NCBI GenBank assembly: GCA_030141605.1
Contig: JAQGDQ010000081.1
Span: forward strand, 248,001-312,000
Reading direction: 5' to 3'
Length of the DNA: 64,000 nt
Source of the DNA: Tubiluchus corallicola
Taxonomy: Eukaryota; Animalia; Priapulida
Shown one piece after another: positions 37,751-50,930 of the stretch. The first letter of the stretch is position 1; every line of letters begins with the position of its first letter. The position numbers were made by a program, and so were the translations under genes. The notes below the pieces were generated by a model, which saw nothing but the letters and a program-made list of their open reading frames with translations, was not told the DNA's origin and ran no database searches.

Positions 37751-40724
37751 TCTCGTTCAGGAAACAATGGAGAAATCAGTTCCAGTGCATAATTGTATTA
37801 TTATGCAAACAATACTCTTTAAATTTAACTGAATAGTGCAACAGTTGTAAACAAAGAAAGAGCGATATGCTTGGGAAGTATCTGGTAAAGAGAGAAGTCT
37901 TGTACCGTTGTACGTTATGCTCGAAGAAAGCTGTGATACCTAATGATTAAATCTGTAATAATTTTGAATGGGGTGTAGTAGTAGTTTGTAAAAGCTAATT
38001 TGTAGGCTCACGTCTACATTGACGTAATGTAGGTGGTGGGTGAGGGGTGTCACGTTGTTTAACTTCGTTGGTTTTTCGACTTTTACTACGAAAGGGTTTG
38101 CCTCAGTAGGCGACAAACCAAAAATATCATTTGTTTCAGTTTATCCAGTTACGGGGAGTCGAACCTTTAACTGTTTCTTTGATAAGGTGGCAACAGGTTG
38201 AAAAGAGGTGTGAAATTCATTTTCCGTGCAAAATTTCGATACTAACTATCAATGGCTGTATTGCAAATTTGCAACCAGCTTGTTAATTTTTGTGTCGTAC
38301 GTTAAACCAGTATGCAAACATAACACAGTGGCCATAGTATGGTGCACTAATTTAGTAAAACTTAGAAACACGCAGAAGTTTGAGTGAACAAAAGAATTAA
38401 CAAAGATCATTAATGTAAAACTGATCAAAAGTAGTAGTTGAGAAGACTGTGAGATGACCCGGGCTGTAAGTTAAGGGGCGTTAAGTAAACTTACTGACAG
38501 ACTTTTGCGCTTTTCAATTATTTTCAGAGTGAAAGCTTTACTTGTGCTCTCAAGAACCGATTATTCTTTGTTTTTTAGCTGCAACTAAAACTACAATTAG
38601 TTTTAACAGGGACGGGCCTACTTGAGCATAGTAAATGTAGCAATGGGGCATAGCATGGTGATAAGAATTCTGATGACAAGAATGATGACAATGATCCTGA
38701 CCCTGATTACGACGGCGACGGCGACGCTGATAACAATGATATAGTCATGGTGGTGTAACTATAATAGGACTTTGGTTAGTCGTCACAGGATCGATCTGCA
38801 AAAACTGTTACTGGTGTTTGAGCTAGAAAAGCTAAAGAAAGCAATTGTTTTTTAATAAGTTCGTATTATCATAATAATTATTATGCAGGCCTCTCCTTTA
38901 ATTTCAACGTTATACGAGAACTGCTTTTCAAAATAAATTAAATTCTGAAAATATCACACAGCTTTCGCAGCTATACCTTCGGAAGCCTTTTTCACACAAA
39001 ATGATGCATAAAGCTTAAAACTTTTTTATTTAACGTAGCTTTGGGTGGCGGCAGTCTAGCCAGACCCAAAAGCTTTAAAACAATTAAGCTAATTAATTCA
39101 AACAATTGTCGTATTCTATAACAAAGAAAATAGTTGGCCTACATAATTACTCTAGGCGGAGTATGCCACGAGACCCTCCTTCGTGCTTTGATAAGAAACA
39201 AGCCGTGCCTTATTACCTTAATTTATTCGTGGTTAGACGATGTTAGTCGCGGACAGAGTAAAATTCACATATGGCTGGACAATGGCTGACCAAACCATCA
39301 TTGTCTTGGTCACGTTCCGCGCTGGACGGAAGAGATGGTCTTCGTTTGACTAGCGTCAGGTGTACATCTGATTTGGGCGGATCTGTAGACCCAAGGGAAA
39401 CAAGTTAAACTCCCAGAGGGCAGTATTTTCCAGCACGTGGAATGGAGACTGATAATTTGTGAACAATGAGTTTAGGTTTGACATAGAGTTAATTTAATGG
39501 AAAAAATGTCTGCCGTCTATATTCAGACGTGTGTCGGCTTACACCAAAGTGATGTCTAAAAAGTAAACAACAAAACTGCACAAAAAGCCCCGAGTTATAC
39601 ACACAAAACCTTTAGAAAATAGTTTTGGATTTCAAACATAATGAACCTGCTCAGGTGACAGCTGTGAATAGTTTTTGAAAAAAAAACAGCCTTATAACAT
39701 AATGTTGAACATGACTATAACTTATTATGATATTTGCAAAGACGACGGATGGGGTCGAACTGGCTGACATCTATCGGTCATTAGTCGCATTAACATAACT
39801 GTAAAGCTATTTACTAAATTTTGATTGAATTATTGACCAAAGGTTTTTTTAGTTTTAATTTTTTGTTCCCATGATTATCGGTCTTCTTTCGGCGTAATCG
39901 TTCATTTCACTCATTGATTATTTGCTATATCCTTGTATAGGAAAAGTAAAGTTGATAAGTTTGATAGAAACATTACATAATTACAAGTTGGATACATAAT
40001 TTTGCTTTATGGTTTGAGCAAAATGTTCTGTTGAAGTCAAAACTTTCAATGTTCAATTATAGTCGAGAAAAAATATAGTCGAGTTCGAAGGCTATTATAC
40101 ACTCAGCCCTTTGACCTATAGAAGTCACAATGACCATTCGCTTAATTTAATAAAATTGGATAACCTTTTATTAAATAATTTTCTTGTAAGTCGCCGATTT
40201 ATAGAACATTCTTATCGGTGTGGGCCGCGTGGCAGTGTGTAGAACCTAGTTTAATTTATAATAATTAAAACAGGCTTAGCAACCGAAAACTGCGCTTATT
40301 TCGATGATATTTATAATACAGGTTTTTGATTGGGGTTAGTCATTTCGTAATTATAATGGTTGTTTTCCCCTTTATACCCAGACTTACATACTAACCCACA
40401 GCATTGTCGTACTATAAAACAAGAGCAGCATAATTACCTGTGATAAAAACAAGAAATAATAAAATCAATGACAATCAATAATTCTTAACAAATTTTTCAC
40501 ATTTATTTAAACGACTAATAATTTTCTTGCGAGGGTCACACGGAGCTGTAGCATTTTTGCCTTACACACAGCGATTGTAAGATGGGATTAAATGACCTTG
40601 TACGTTTTCTGGTGGTATTGTGTGCTGATATTGGTGAAATACTAGCTGGATTTGCGGTTTCCCGGTTGCACTTTTTCGGTTGTATCCGATATCGATCAAG
40701 CGTCGGAATGTCAAACATACGTGA

Positions 40725-40983
40725 CCAATGGTCATTTTGGTGAATGCTCTAACTTTGTTTCTCCGGAAAGTCCTATTTATAAATAGATGATTCGACACAA
40801 AGGCTTTTTTCTCTGGACATTGCTAGTCTGGCCTTAGGACAACAGTCAACACCTGTTTAGGTCATTTGACTCTTATGACATGTTCCACTGCTTGTTTAAC
40901 AAGCCGACAATGACCAACGCGATGGGCTTGTGAACTATTATTAAAATTCTGTCACAGGTAAGTATAGGTAAGCACAGGTAAAT
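40725..40983 (+). promoter_or_regulatory. Putative CCAAT/TATA promoter with non-coding first exon
   Basis: CCAAT at 40725, palindromic CTATTTATAAATAG at 40773-40786, and consensus donors at 40958, 40968 and 40978. Confidence 0.45.
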
Positions 40984-43880
40984 TATTCGAGATACATGAA
41001 TCCATTGTGATGCGGGCCCTCTGAAAGTCGTTCACACCATTTCCTAGAAACAAAAAACTCACTTTTCAAATTTTTCGTATTTGAGTAAATGAATTGTTTT
41101 TTTATTTTGTTTCGCAAATTCTTTGTAACATTGAATGTTGTTAGCATCTGGTCTATTGGTTGATAGTTAAATAGTAAGTAAGCTAGCAAGCAAGCAAGTA
41201 ATTTGTTTAAAGTCGATTTTGAGATACAAAAAACATTAGTCCAGTTGTATTATCGCCTATTAACATTACAAGAATCATTATAAAAACTAATAAAAACAAG
41301 CAAAAACTTACATAAGGCTAATTGAAGGCGCAGACCTATAAAAGTAGCACAATAAGCGAGGTTGACGGCTATCTGAGTGGTCACGGTGTGCCCCTATATT
41401 CATGTATTCATATCCCAATGTGACAAACTCCTCTAATGGTTTAATGTCTCAACTTAGAAGAAATTCTTCGTGTTCTAGTTTTGCCTCAACCAACCGATTT
41501 GTGGATGTTGCTACCGAATACTGACTTCCGGCGCCTGTAGTGTGCCCAGCTGTATAAAAACTATGTTGCAAGATACTGAGAACAATTGAGAACCATTATT
41601 AAAACTAATTATTATCCACTAATTTCGCGAAGGAAATCATGCTTTTGAAATTAAAAAATGATTTTGATTTATATGAAACTTTTACTGCCAACACAGAATA
41701 CGGTACACAAAAAGAAAAAAAAACTGTTAAGACATATACCAAAAAAGTGTTTGTGCAGCATTTACTTGGTCATTTAGATAGCGCATAATTTGAAAAACTC
41801 TATAACCTACAGGCCTAGCGCATATTACAGAGCGTGCCGCTGCACAAAAGCTATGCCACGAAAATGTTTCCGTTTAGAAAACATAATACTTCGACTTTCC
41901 TACTCGACCAGCTGTTAATTAAAAACACAAACCACACTTGGACACTAATTGCAATAAAGAATGAAATAGGGACCTACTATGGGCTACTTGATCCTTGCGG
42001 TTGTTTATATGAAAAGTAAAAGCATTGAGTCCTTGGCACGTTCCTATTGTCAGCTAGAAGACCAGTTTGGAGAACTGCGAGACCATCTGTCAGTCTGTGT
42101 ATCTTTGTCCCCATCTGTGACGCTGTCACCCATTTAAAGTTCATTTTGAATCGTGGTCGCGTAGTTAGACATGAAAAAAAGTAATCAATCGAATTAAACA
42201 TGTGACAGAAAAATCAGCAGTAACATGTCATACAAAAATACTATGCAAAAGTGCAATATTTTGTCACACAACGTCACAATTCGGCAAAGTTTCGGATCTA
42301 TCCAAGCCATCATCAGAGACGAGCTGCTGCAAAAATCAATTCGACTTCAGTTAACCAGTTTAATATAAAAAAAATTCAACACATCTGGTTTGGAACCGAT
42401 CTGTTTAGAAAATCAACTAAACAATAATCACTGAAGGTCTGGATCTTGATTTTTAAACGATTCCCACGCTAGTCAGCATCGTGGAAAATTAGCACACTCT
42501 TGAATGGGAGTTAATAATTGTCTCCTTGCTTTCTCAGCATAACACAATAAACCAGAACAGCAACATAAGTGTGCTTCGCCACAGCAAGGGCACCTCTCGT
42601 AGTCAGAGTTCCTCTTCTGTCTTTTCAGATTAGTGTTTAATGGTTACGTGTGTTTGCATCATCAAGGACAAGTACTCCGTGGGTTGCAGTTACAGGGATC
42701 ATAATTATTACTGAGGCATGTATTACACAACTGGTGTTGAAGTTATCAAATTTCTGACGATTAACTAATCACAAAGATTTTAACGTGTTCAAAATGCGTA
42801 CTTCAAAACGCAGAGAAAAAGTCCCATCAAACTTTGATCTTAGTGGTTTCACAACTAAAGTAAACAGCTGTAGAGGTGATTTGTATGTGACCTCTATATT
42901 TTTTGGGCTAACTTAAGAAGTAACTGTCTCTATAAACTGGCATATCTATATGTCTATTAATGATATGATGAATGCCAAAAATTATATTTGTTCTATTTAT
43001 GTAACGGCGTTATTTTAATACGCCATGCAATATGGTGAAGATACACGCTCTTCCTGAAAATGCCCTTTCAGAGATTTTCATATTAGATTAGAAACAGAAA
43101 GAAACACTTTAAAATCATTATAAATATCACTGATGGAAAAAACCCGACAGTTATATTCTGTAATGAATAACCTGTTACAATTATGCTTCAGAAACATTGT
43201 CTATTGTATTCACAATGGAACTTTTGAACAATTTTCTCTGCAATGTTGACTTGACCTTCCGCACTGATCTTCGTTCATAACATTGTATTACCTCGTATTA
43301 CGCAAGCTAATCCATGATAAGGTGTAGTTCGCGTTGTTGTCTGTCTTGTTTATCTGTCTTATTTACCTAAACGTGAATGTAATCCCGATAAGCAAGTTCA
43401 AGATGGTATTAACCGTTCCAAACATAAGACTTTTAACCGCTGCAGCGTTTGCAATTTCCCTGGTAGATTTCCTTATCGCTGCTGTTAGATAGTAGCTGTG
43501 GTGTAGAAAAATATAATAACAGAATAATAGTGGTAATAGGCTACCCATGCTCGTCTGTTGTACTGTGTTCTATGCGTTACGATTTTTACTTTGTGCCTCG
43601 CTAGATAAGTTCTAAACTCTTGTACTTAAAATCTTAATATCTACAAAATTTTTGAAACGTTGATACTTTTAGTTGAGTAAGAAGAATTTAGGGTATGGCA
43701 CTGCCCATCATAATCAATTATGCTGAAGCCAAAACCAGTTTCAGCTTTTCAAACAAGTAATACTTCTTAAACGCGTTGAAATCACTGGTACCAAAATTCA
43801 AATGCTATTACAGTTCATTTTCATTGTTGCCAATTAAAATTAATTAGGCTTGTATATTCATTTCAATCTGCAATAATAAC

Positions 43881-44181
43881 CAGGGGCGCAGCCAGGTTCT
43901 AAACTTATGTGGAGCAAACACATAAAAGGTGCCGTGACACATGCCAAGCAAGATCTATTGTACATTGCAACTGTGTGTTTAAAATCAAAACAAAAGAAAT
44001 ATGCAGCTTTATAGTAAGCTCAATTATCTCAAAACATAATAAAAACTTGTGTGTTATTAAATTTTAAACGTAAGATGCAAACAAAATGAATGAGTTTTGG
44101 CGCAGTTGAAAAGACGCCAATTTTGAAAAATATACTCGGAGTGCCGTTGCTCCCCTTGCTCCCCTGTTAGCTACGCCACTG
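43881..44181. mobile_element. hAT-like MITE, 301 bp
   Basis: TIRs CAGGGGCGCAGC / GCTACGCCACTG; flanks ATAATAAC / ATAATAAT form an 8-bp TSD with one mismatch. Confidence 0.8.
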
Positions 44182-45459
44182 ATAATAATAATTTCAAAAC
44201 AATTAGGCTCCTAGATAATGGACATGTTTCACTACCATCTGAGAAGGAAAACAAGAGTTTTGTTAGGTTTGAAAGTCGCATCTGTAATAAATAATTAGCC
44301 CGCTTTATGAAGCATGTTGCAAAATACCCTCTTTGTGAAACCAGGCGATTAAAACTTCGTTATACCCTGTCACCTTATTGACACAAGCAATACTGGCGTC
44401 ACCTTCTCAGGTGGCCTTATAGCCAGGGGAGAAGATCAGCGACGTTCCAGCCAGCCCGCCTTTCTTCCTCCAAAAACTAGGCAATCAATTAAGAGCAGAC
44501 AAAGGAGCCTTAATGTAGTGCGTGTCACAAAGGCCTGGGCCTCAAGGCACCTCTGGCAAGCGGTCGCTAGGCGTTTGAGCAACTTTATTAAGAGATTTGG
44601 CACAAGTGACCGCATTAATTATGAATTATTGTTTTGGGAAGTGCTTTCCGCAATCAGTTTTTGTGATGAATAATGTATCAGGTCATGCCAGCTTTGACGT
44701 GTAAGCAAAAGCGCTTCTTTATGAAAGAAAAACGAAACACGCGCCGGCTAATAATCACAAACTCGTGATAAACTTGAAGAAGTTCCTCTGGCAATTTATT
44801 AATTTCGTCGGGGATGAAGTTTATTTGCACTGTGGACGATAGTTTTTCATCAATTAAGTTTGTTAGAGCCCACATGTAAGTGTAAAGACATGTGCACTTT
44901 TATATAGCATTTCTACATATGTCATTTAATCCAGGTCTTAAATGATTTTAACAAAAAATTGAAATCTAGCGTAGTTTTGCAAATTCTAAAATTTCTTCTA
45001 ATAAGAAAAAATCATTATTACAGCATTGCTGCTACGCGTTTACACAATTAGTCTTCACAATAATGCAGAATCGCAAATTGCATACCATGCTGACAAACCA
45101 CCAACAGTTCTACGAAAGGCATGTATATATAAAAGCAAGCGGATTACTTTAGAGTCTATTCCTTTTCCAAGTAACGGATTTTCGTTATTTTTGTGCAAAT
45201 ACAAGCTATTTTATAGCGACGGGTGTTAAACATAATAAAAAAATTTATAACTTGTCATACAATCAGGAGCATGATATACTGGTTGAGCGCTGGACCAAAG
45301 ATCAATTTACATTATTAAGAAAAAATTGCAAGATAGGAAGACAGGGGAAAAGTATAATGTAAATTTCAATTTTTATGCCATAATTAACATCTTTTTTATA
45401 TTACTTTTTGTATTTTGTCGAATCCAGCAAAATTCAATGAGTATGTTTATTGCGTAACT

Positions 45460-48400
45460 TTTGGCAACAATGCTAACAAACTATCCGTAATTTGTGTGAG
45501 CTGCTGCTTTATGTAGGCAGGTCAAATACTCATGTTATTTTACAGCGAGAGGCACTAGAAATAATAATAAAAACGCGTGAGAGTTTACCGTATAATCAAA
45601 AACAGTAATAGTTTGTGTGTGATATATTAGCTGACCGCATGAGTCGCAGATCGGAAATTCATTTAAATTATTATGCAAAGAATACAAAACAGTTATTTAT
45701 AACTTTGGAAAAAATAAAAAAAGATAAGAAATATCTTGATGCAGGTGCACAAGTTATGAAGATTCTGCGCGTTCATGTTTTTCATAGCATTTAGTTCAAA
45801 ACTGACACTTGTAATAATGCTAATAAGTCATTGCAGTTACATGAGTTGCTCGTAAAGTAAATAACTAGAGCACAACTGTACAAGCCGCAAAGATACTGCA
45901 CATTTACGCATTTGACGGCATTTAGTAGGCGGCAAACATTAGTAGAAGCTTTTAGCTAACAAACTATCAATAGTTTATGCGAGCTGCTTCCATATACGGG
46001 CAGGTCAGCTACTCTAATGACCAACCCCATAAGGTCATAAGACACGTCACTTTTTTCTTTCGTACCTTATACTATTTTGTGGCAGCAGGTGTTAAAAATA
46101 AAACAAAACATACTTGATAGTTTATCATATAATCAAGCAAAGTAATGGCTTAGACTTGTGACATACTGACTGAAACCTGGACTGGAGATTTCCTCAAGAT
46201 GTTATGCAAAAAAAAACAAGACAAGCAATTACTTACAAGTTAGGAAAAAGCAAAAAGACGAGGAAATAAGTTGGGCACAGATGTGCAAACTCCAAAAGTG
46301 TCATTATAACTGCATTGTGTAACGATATACAACAATGCCAACGCATTATCAACAGTTTAGTATAACTGCTGATACATTATTCGGACAGATCAAGGTCGCA
46401 CTAGCAGCGAAACAAACCACATCCAGATCCATAAATCTGCGCACCTTATGCAATTTTATGGCAGGAGGTGTTAAAAATAACAAAAAAATAATTGATAACT
46501 TATCCCACAGCAGGAGGAATGAAAAATGTGAATGAAAAAAGCAAAGACAATTTGTGACGACATTAATGTTAACTAGAAAACAACTATTATTTTGTTTTTC
46601 AGATATCAATCATTCAAACAGTATCTAAAGTTAAGGTAAAATCTATCAGAGAAGGCAGTATCAAACGGTAGAAAACAAATGATAAAAAATATCAAATATT
46701 TAGTAGCAGGAATAACTGTAAGAGTGCCTACGAAACATTCCCTCCTTACTACAAGCAAATATTCTAGGAAACAAACAAATAAATTTGTGGATAAATAGAT
46801 AAATACACAGATAAATAGATAAGTAAATAAATAAATACTTAGAAATTAATAATTTAAAAGTGTCAAATGGCAAGCGCAACCACTTATGGCATGTGGGACT
46901 ATGCTGTAACTCCCAAGTCGGGGAATTATGATTAGCAAAAACAGCAACCGGTCAGTTATAATAATCAGTTAAAATAAAGACAATTAATTTAATCAAACCC
47001 ATTTCCTGTTTTTTTAAGTGCTTTCTAACTAGAGGACATTAATTATTGGACAAAATCTGAATGAGAACACCGCAGAAATTTCACCAAACTGACACAAGAT
47101 ATCTTGTGTTGTATTCTTGTGCAACGAAAACAGTTAATAGCATGGAGTTCCTTAGAATTACAGTAATTAGTGGTAAGTCTGCAGGCCAATCTTGCTATTG
47201 TCTACAGAGTGCTAATCGTTTATCCTTTGCGCAGAAATTGAATTCAAAATGAAATGTTGTTGAAATATTATAGTCATACTTCTGAATTAATATTCTATGA
47301 GGATTTGTGTTTTTGATTGAACAAAGCGTTTTTGAAACACGCAAAAATCATTAAAATTCTTAGCTCGTGGGGTCTACGTTGAGATTTTAACATTTCATTG
47401 TTAGGCAGCGCCGCTCTTCGCTGCGCAGCGCAACTAAAGTACGCAATGATTATTATAGGCTACGGCTGACATACAATGTCAGACACTTCACATTTTACGT
47501 TCAGTCGAGTCAGTGATGCTAAGAAAGGAGGCTGGTTATAACCGCTGAAAGCATTGGTGTGGTTAATGTTATTTTTACCTGCTAAGCGAAGTCAAAACTT
47601 TACAGTTAAGTTGAACAGCATAGCGCTAATATTTTGTGCCGAAGCAGTTTTTGAGGACCCGGTTGTAAGGCGATAAAGAGAAGGTTGAAACGGACTGCTG
47701 TGCAACTGTGTGCAAAAAATTAGCTTATTCTGGATTCTCTTCGTTTTCGATGCCACAGTTTTGTTCATTCTCAAACAAAACAGTTCAGAAATACGTTTCT
47801 CGGCAATCTTTAAAGTGTTGTGAGTTGAAAACGACAAGAGGTTGTAACAAGTTGCTAGGGAAAACGCCTAAGCCTCTTTGTTGATTACCGATGACTGCTT
47901 TTTGTGAATTGATTAATATTATCAGACCTATGTACTGATTACTGAAACAAGGTACAGTAATTGCTCAATAATCGTGTTTTGTGAGAGGTGCCAGAAAGTA
48001 AAGAAAAGATTTCTTCAGACAAACTAAGATAGTGAGACAGAAACTGCTTAAGGTTGTTTTGTAATAAGCCGGTTAGCTTGCCAAAGGGTAAGTAAAAGAT
48101 TTTTTAACGAGATTAAGCGGGTATAGTAAGCATGAACGAATATATGTACGAAATGCTACCAGGGGCGATATTTAAGTTTTAAACTTCTAGTTAAGCTCTA
48201 GTGAAAAAACATTTTGAAGAAAAATTAATGACTGTAATTATTACTACATTTGTGTAGAGTAATTAATTACAGCTAATAAAACTCTCGCAATGGTGAAATA
48301 TTAGATTTTTTACACCTTATCGTAGTCTAACACACCACAAAGTGTTAGGTAACTTAGCAACAATGCTAACAAATTACCCATAGCTTTACGAACTGCTCGT

Positions 48401-48495
48401 TATATAAAACGGACAGCTATGGTCATGTCACCGTCACAATGACACATTTTTTGCGCACTTAAATATTATTGCACGGCAGAGGGTGTTAGAAATGA
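45460..48495 (+). repeat. Cluster of diverged copies of one repeat family (~45460-45760, 45955-46290, 46380-46510, 48325-48495)
   Basis: Shared blocks GCAACAATGCTAACAAA.TA.C..TA..TT...GAGCTGCT and GCAC.TTA...ATT.T.TGGCAG.AGGTGTTAAAAATAA. Confidence 0.7.
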
Positions 48496-49589
48496 CTATA
48501 ATAATATTAATGAAACTAATTAATTAGGCTTTTGCAGTCATTATAATAGACTTAATTCAAATGCAGAGCTCTATGAGTGTGAGGCTTACAAGTTATTAGT
48601 ATACATTGTTTCAAGCGAAAAGTAGGATTACCGATGTAAAACTTAATGTCATTTATTGCAACAATATCGCCCACTCTGCCTTGGTCTACTTTGCAGAGCT
48701 ATTTATTTTCTAATATAGAAATCAATCAGTTGTCTGGAATTTTGATATCAAGCCCATGCCTCCAGGGTTCAAAGCGTCGCAAAACATTTTTCAATAACTT
48801 GATATGAGTTGTTTGAACTGAATTGAACTTTTATGCCTTTTTATCAGTGCGGTTCCCTAGCTGCTACAACAGCCATCTAACGAGACAGATACAGTGTTAT
48901 CCTTGCCATGGTTGACATTCAAAGAAAGAGTCACAGTTTTAGCTCTCCACGAAGATTAATAGCAGTTTTACTGAACAAGGTTTAGGATTAATTAAAATTT
49001 CGACTAATCTCCATTCATGGGGAGAGAGAGAGCTACTCAAGGTACTAAGTGTTGTTTGTTGGGCAATATTTGTAAATTTGTGTTTTGGCTTTGTTTTCTA
49101 TGCCCTGGGGGCTTCAAGGTCAGGCATTTGTAAACTATGTATGGTTGTCATAGATCTATATCGCACAGCGATTTCGATTTCTAGATCTTTGTAATGCATA
49201 CACCGAAATAATGACACGCATGTCAATCAAGCCTAAATATACCTACGTACCTACAACTGCACGATTAAACCGCAAGATAATCAATTATTTAGAAGCAGCC
49301 GCTGGTGCCTAAGCTAGACTAGGTTTTAAATGGGACACCGACATTCGCCGGGCAGGTTAATGAGAATTACAGAACAACATTGGAGTGACACGCGACGGTG
49401 GCCTTTCTTGCCTGATTTGCGGATAACATGCTGTCATTACGACAACAGTACGGCAGCCTCTGTAATTGTGTAATTAAGCCTAGCAACAAGAAATCAGTAA
49501 TCTCAGAACTTGATAACCATAGACAAAGGAGAGTTAAAGACAGAATATAGGAAAATTTCTGTATTGGGTGGGGTGGGGTAGCGGTGGCG

Positions 49590-50220
49590 TGGATGAGCAG
49601 GAGCAGGAGCAGCAACAATAACAACATTGACAGTGATAATAGCAGCTTCAGTGACAACAGCAAAGTTAAAAAAAGTAAATGATAAATTTTGGACGAGGTC
49701 ATTAACAAAATTAATAATGACCTCGGCTAAGAATGTTAAAATATTGACAATTCCATCCATCCATTAAGCTGTACCCAGGCGGTAAACTTTAACTTTTTGT
49801 TCTTGTATCAGTTTTTCTATGGCTTTTTTCTGTAGTTGCTTTTACTATGGCGGTATTAGGAAGACTCCGACATGTAGGGTTAAACCTTACTATATACTTA
49901 GCAGCAACGTTCAACAGTAGCAATTAAGAATAAAAGGAACATCAACAACGACAGCGATAGAAAAAATGTCAGTAGCACTAGTTGAAGATTGTGTTACCAG
50001 CAGCAATAAAAAAGCGTGCGGCAAGAGACAGCAACAGTGACACCATGTAACAGCACGCGTAAGTAAATGATCAACAACGAAACGATATATTGTGACAATA
50101 ATGGCACTAATACAAGAGGAAAAAGTAACGGATCGGTTTCTACAGTAGCAGCAGCGGCAACAGTGACTGCAATGGGTGGTAGCAACAGCTGTAAAATGAA
50201 CCAACAATAAATTAGCAACA
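49590..50220. repeat. Degenerate CAG/CAA-rich low-complexity tract
   Basis: Recurrent AGCAGCAACA-like words; these explain the Leu/Cys-rich spurious minus-strand ORFs. Confidence 0.6.
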
Positions 50221-50930
50221 AAAGGTTACACTTTCCTCAACTGATAAATAAAGCTGCATTGTGCTTATAAGCAAAACCTTATTTTTATATGCAATCTAAT
50301 AAAAACATGTAATAAACACAGTAAAAAGGATTATAAGATATGTAAAAATCCTATAACAAAAAGTTAATTATTTCCTGTCATGTATTCACTTATCGTGAGC
50401 TTGAATTTATATGAATTGGAAAACTATTTCTCGATTGGCTGAAATTGTCACCATGTTGTCTAGGTCATTTTCGAACCAACGCTCGGAAGTTTAAAAGCTG
50501 TGTTTTGACACTTTGTAATTACCACCTGTCTTTATACTGCTTTAACAAGATAGTGCCGACTGTGCATTCTAGATCACGGTTTTCGTTTCCATGGTGATGA
50601 TTGAGGGTGTAGTTCAGGGGTACCCGGAGGTACGGAATTTGGCATTCTGCTATAAAATATGATTACTGGCCTTAGGCCAGTGCAAAGGAGAGATTCATGG
50701 AAATGACATAGGGTTGATAAAATTGTAGGAGTAAAGTGCGCGGCATTAAGTCAGTATGGGTGCTTAGTTTGTTATACGTTAAAGCCATTAACAAACTTAC
50801 AGTTTCAGCAATAGCAGTAGCAACTAGCAACGACGACGACGACGACAACAACAACAACACAGCCCCTGCTTATACCGGGCCTCACTTAGCGCTGTACATT
50901 TTTGCTTCTAAGTGACGCTGCAATAGCTGC

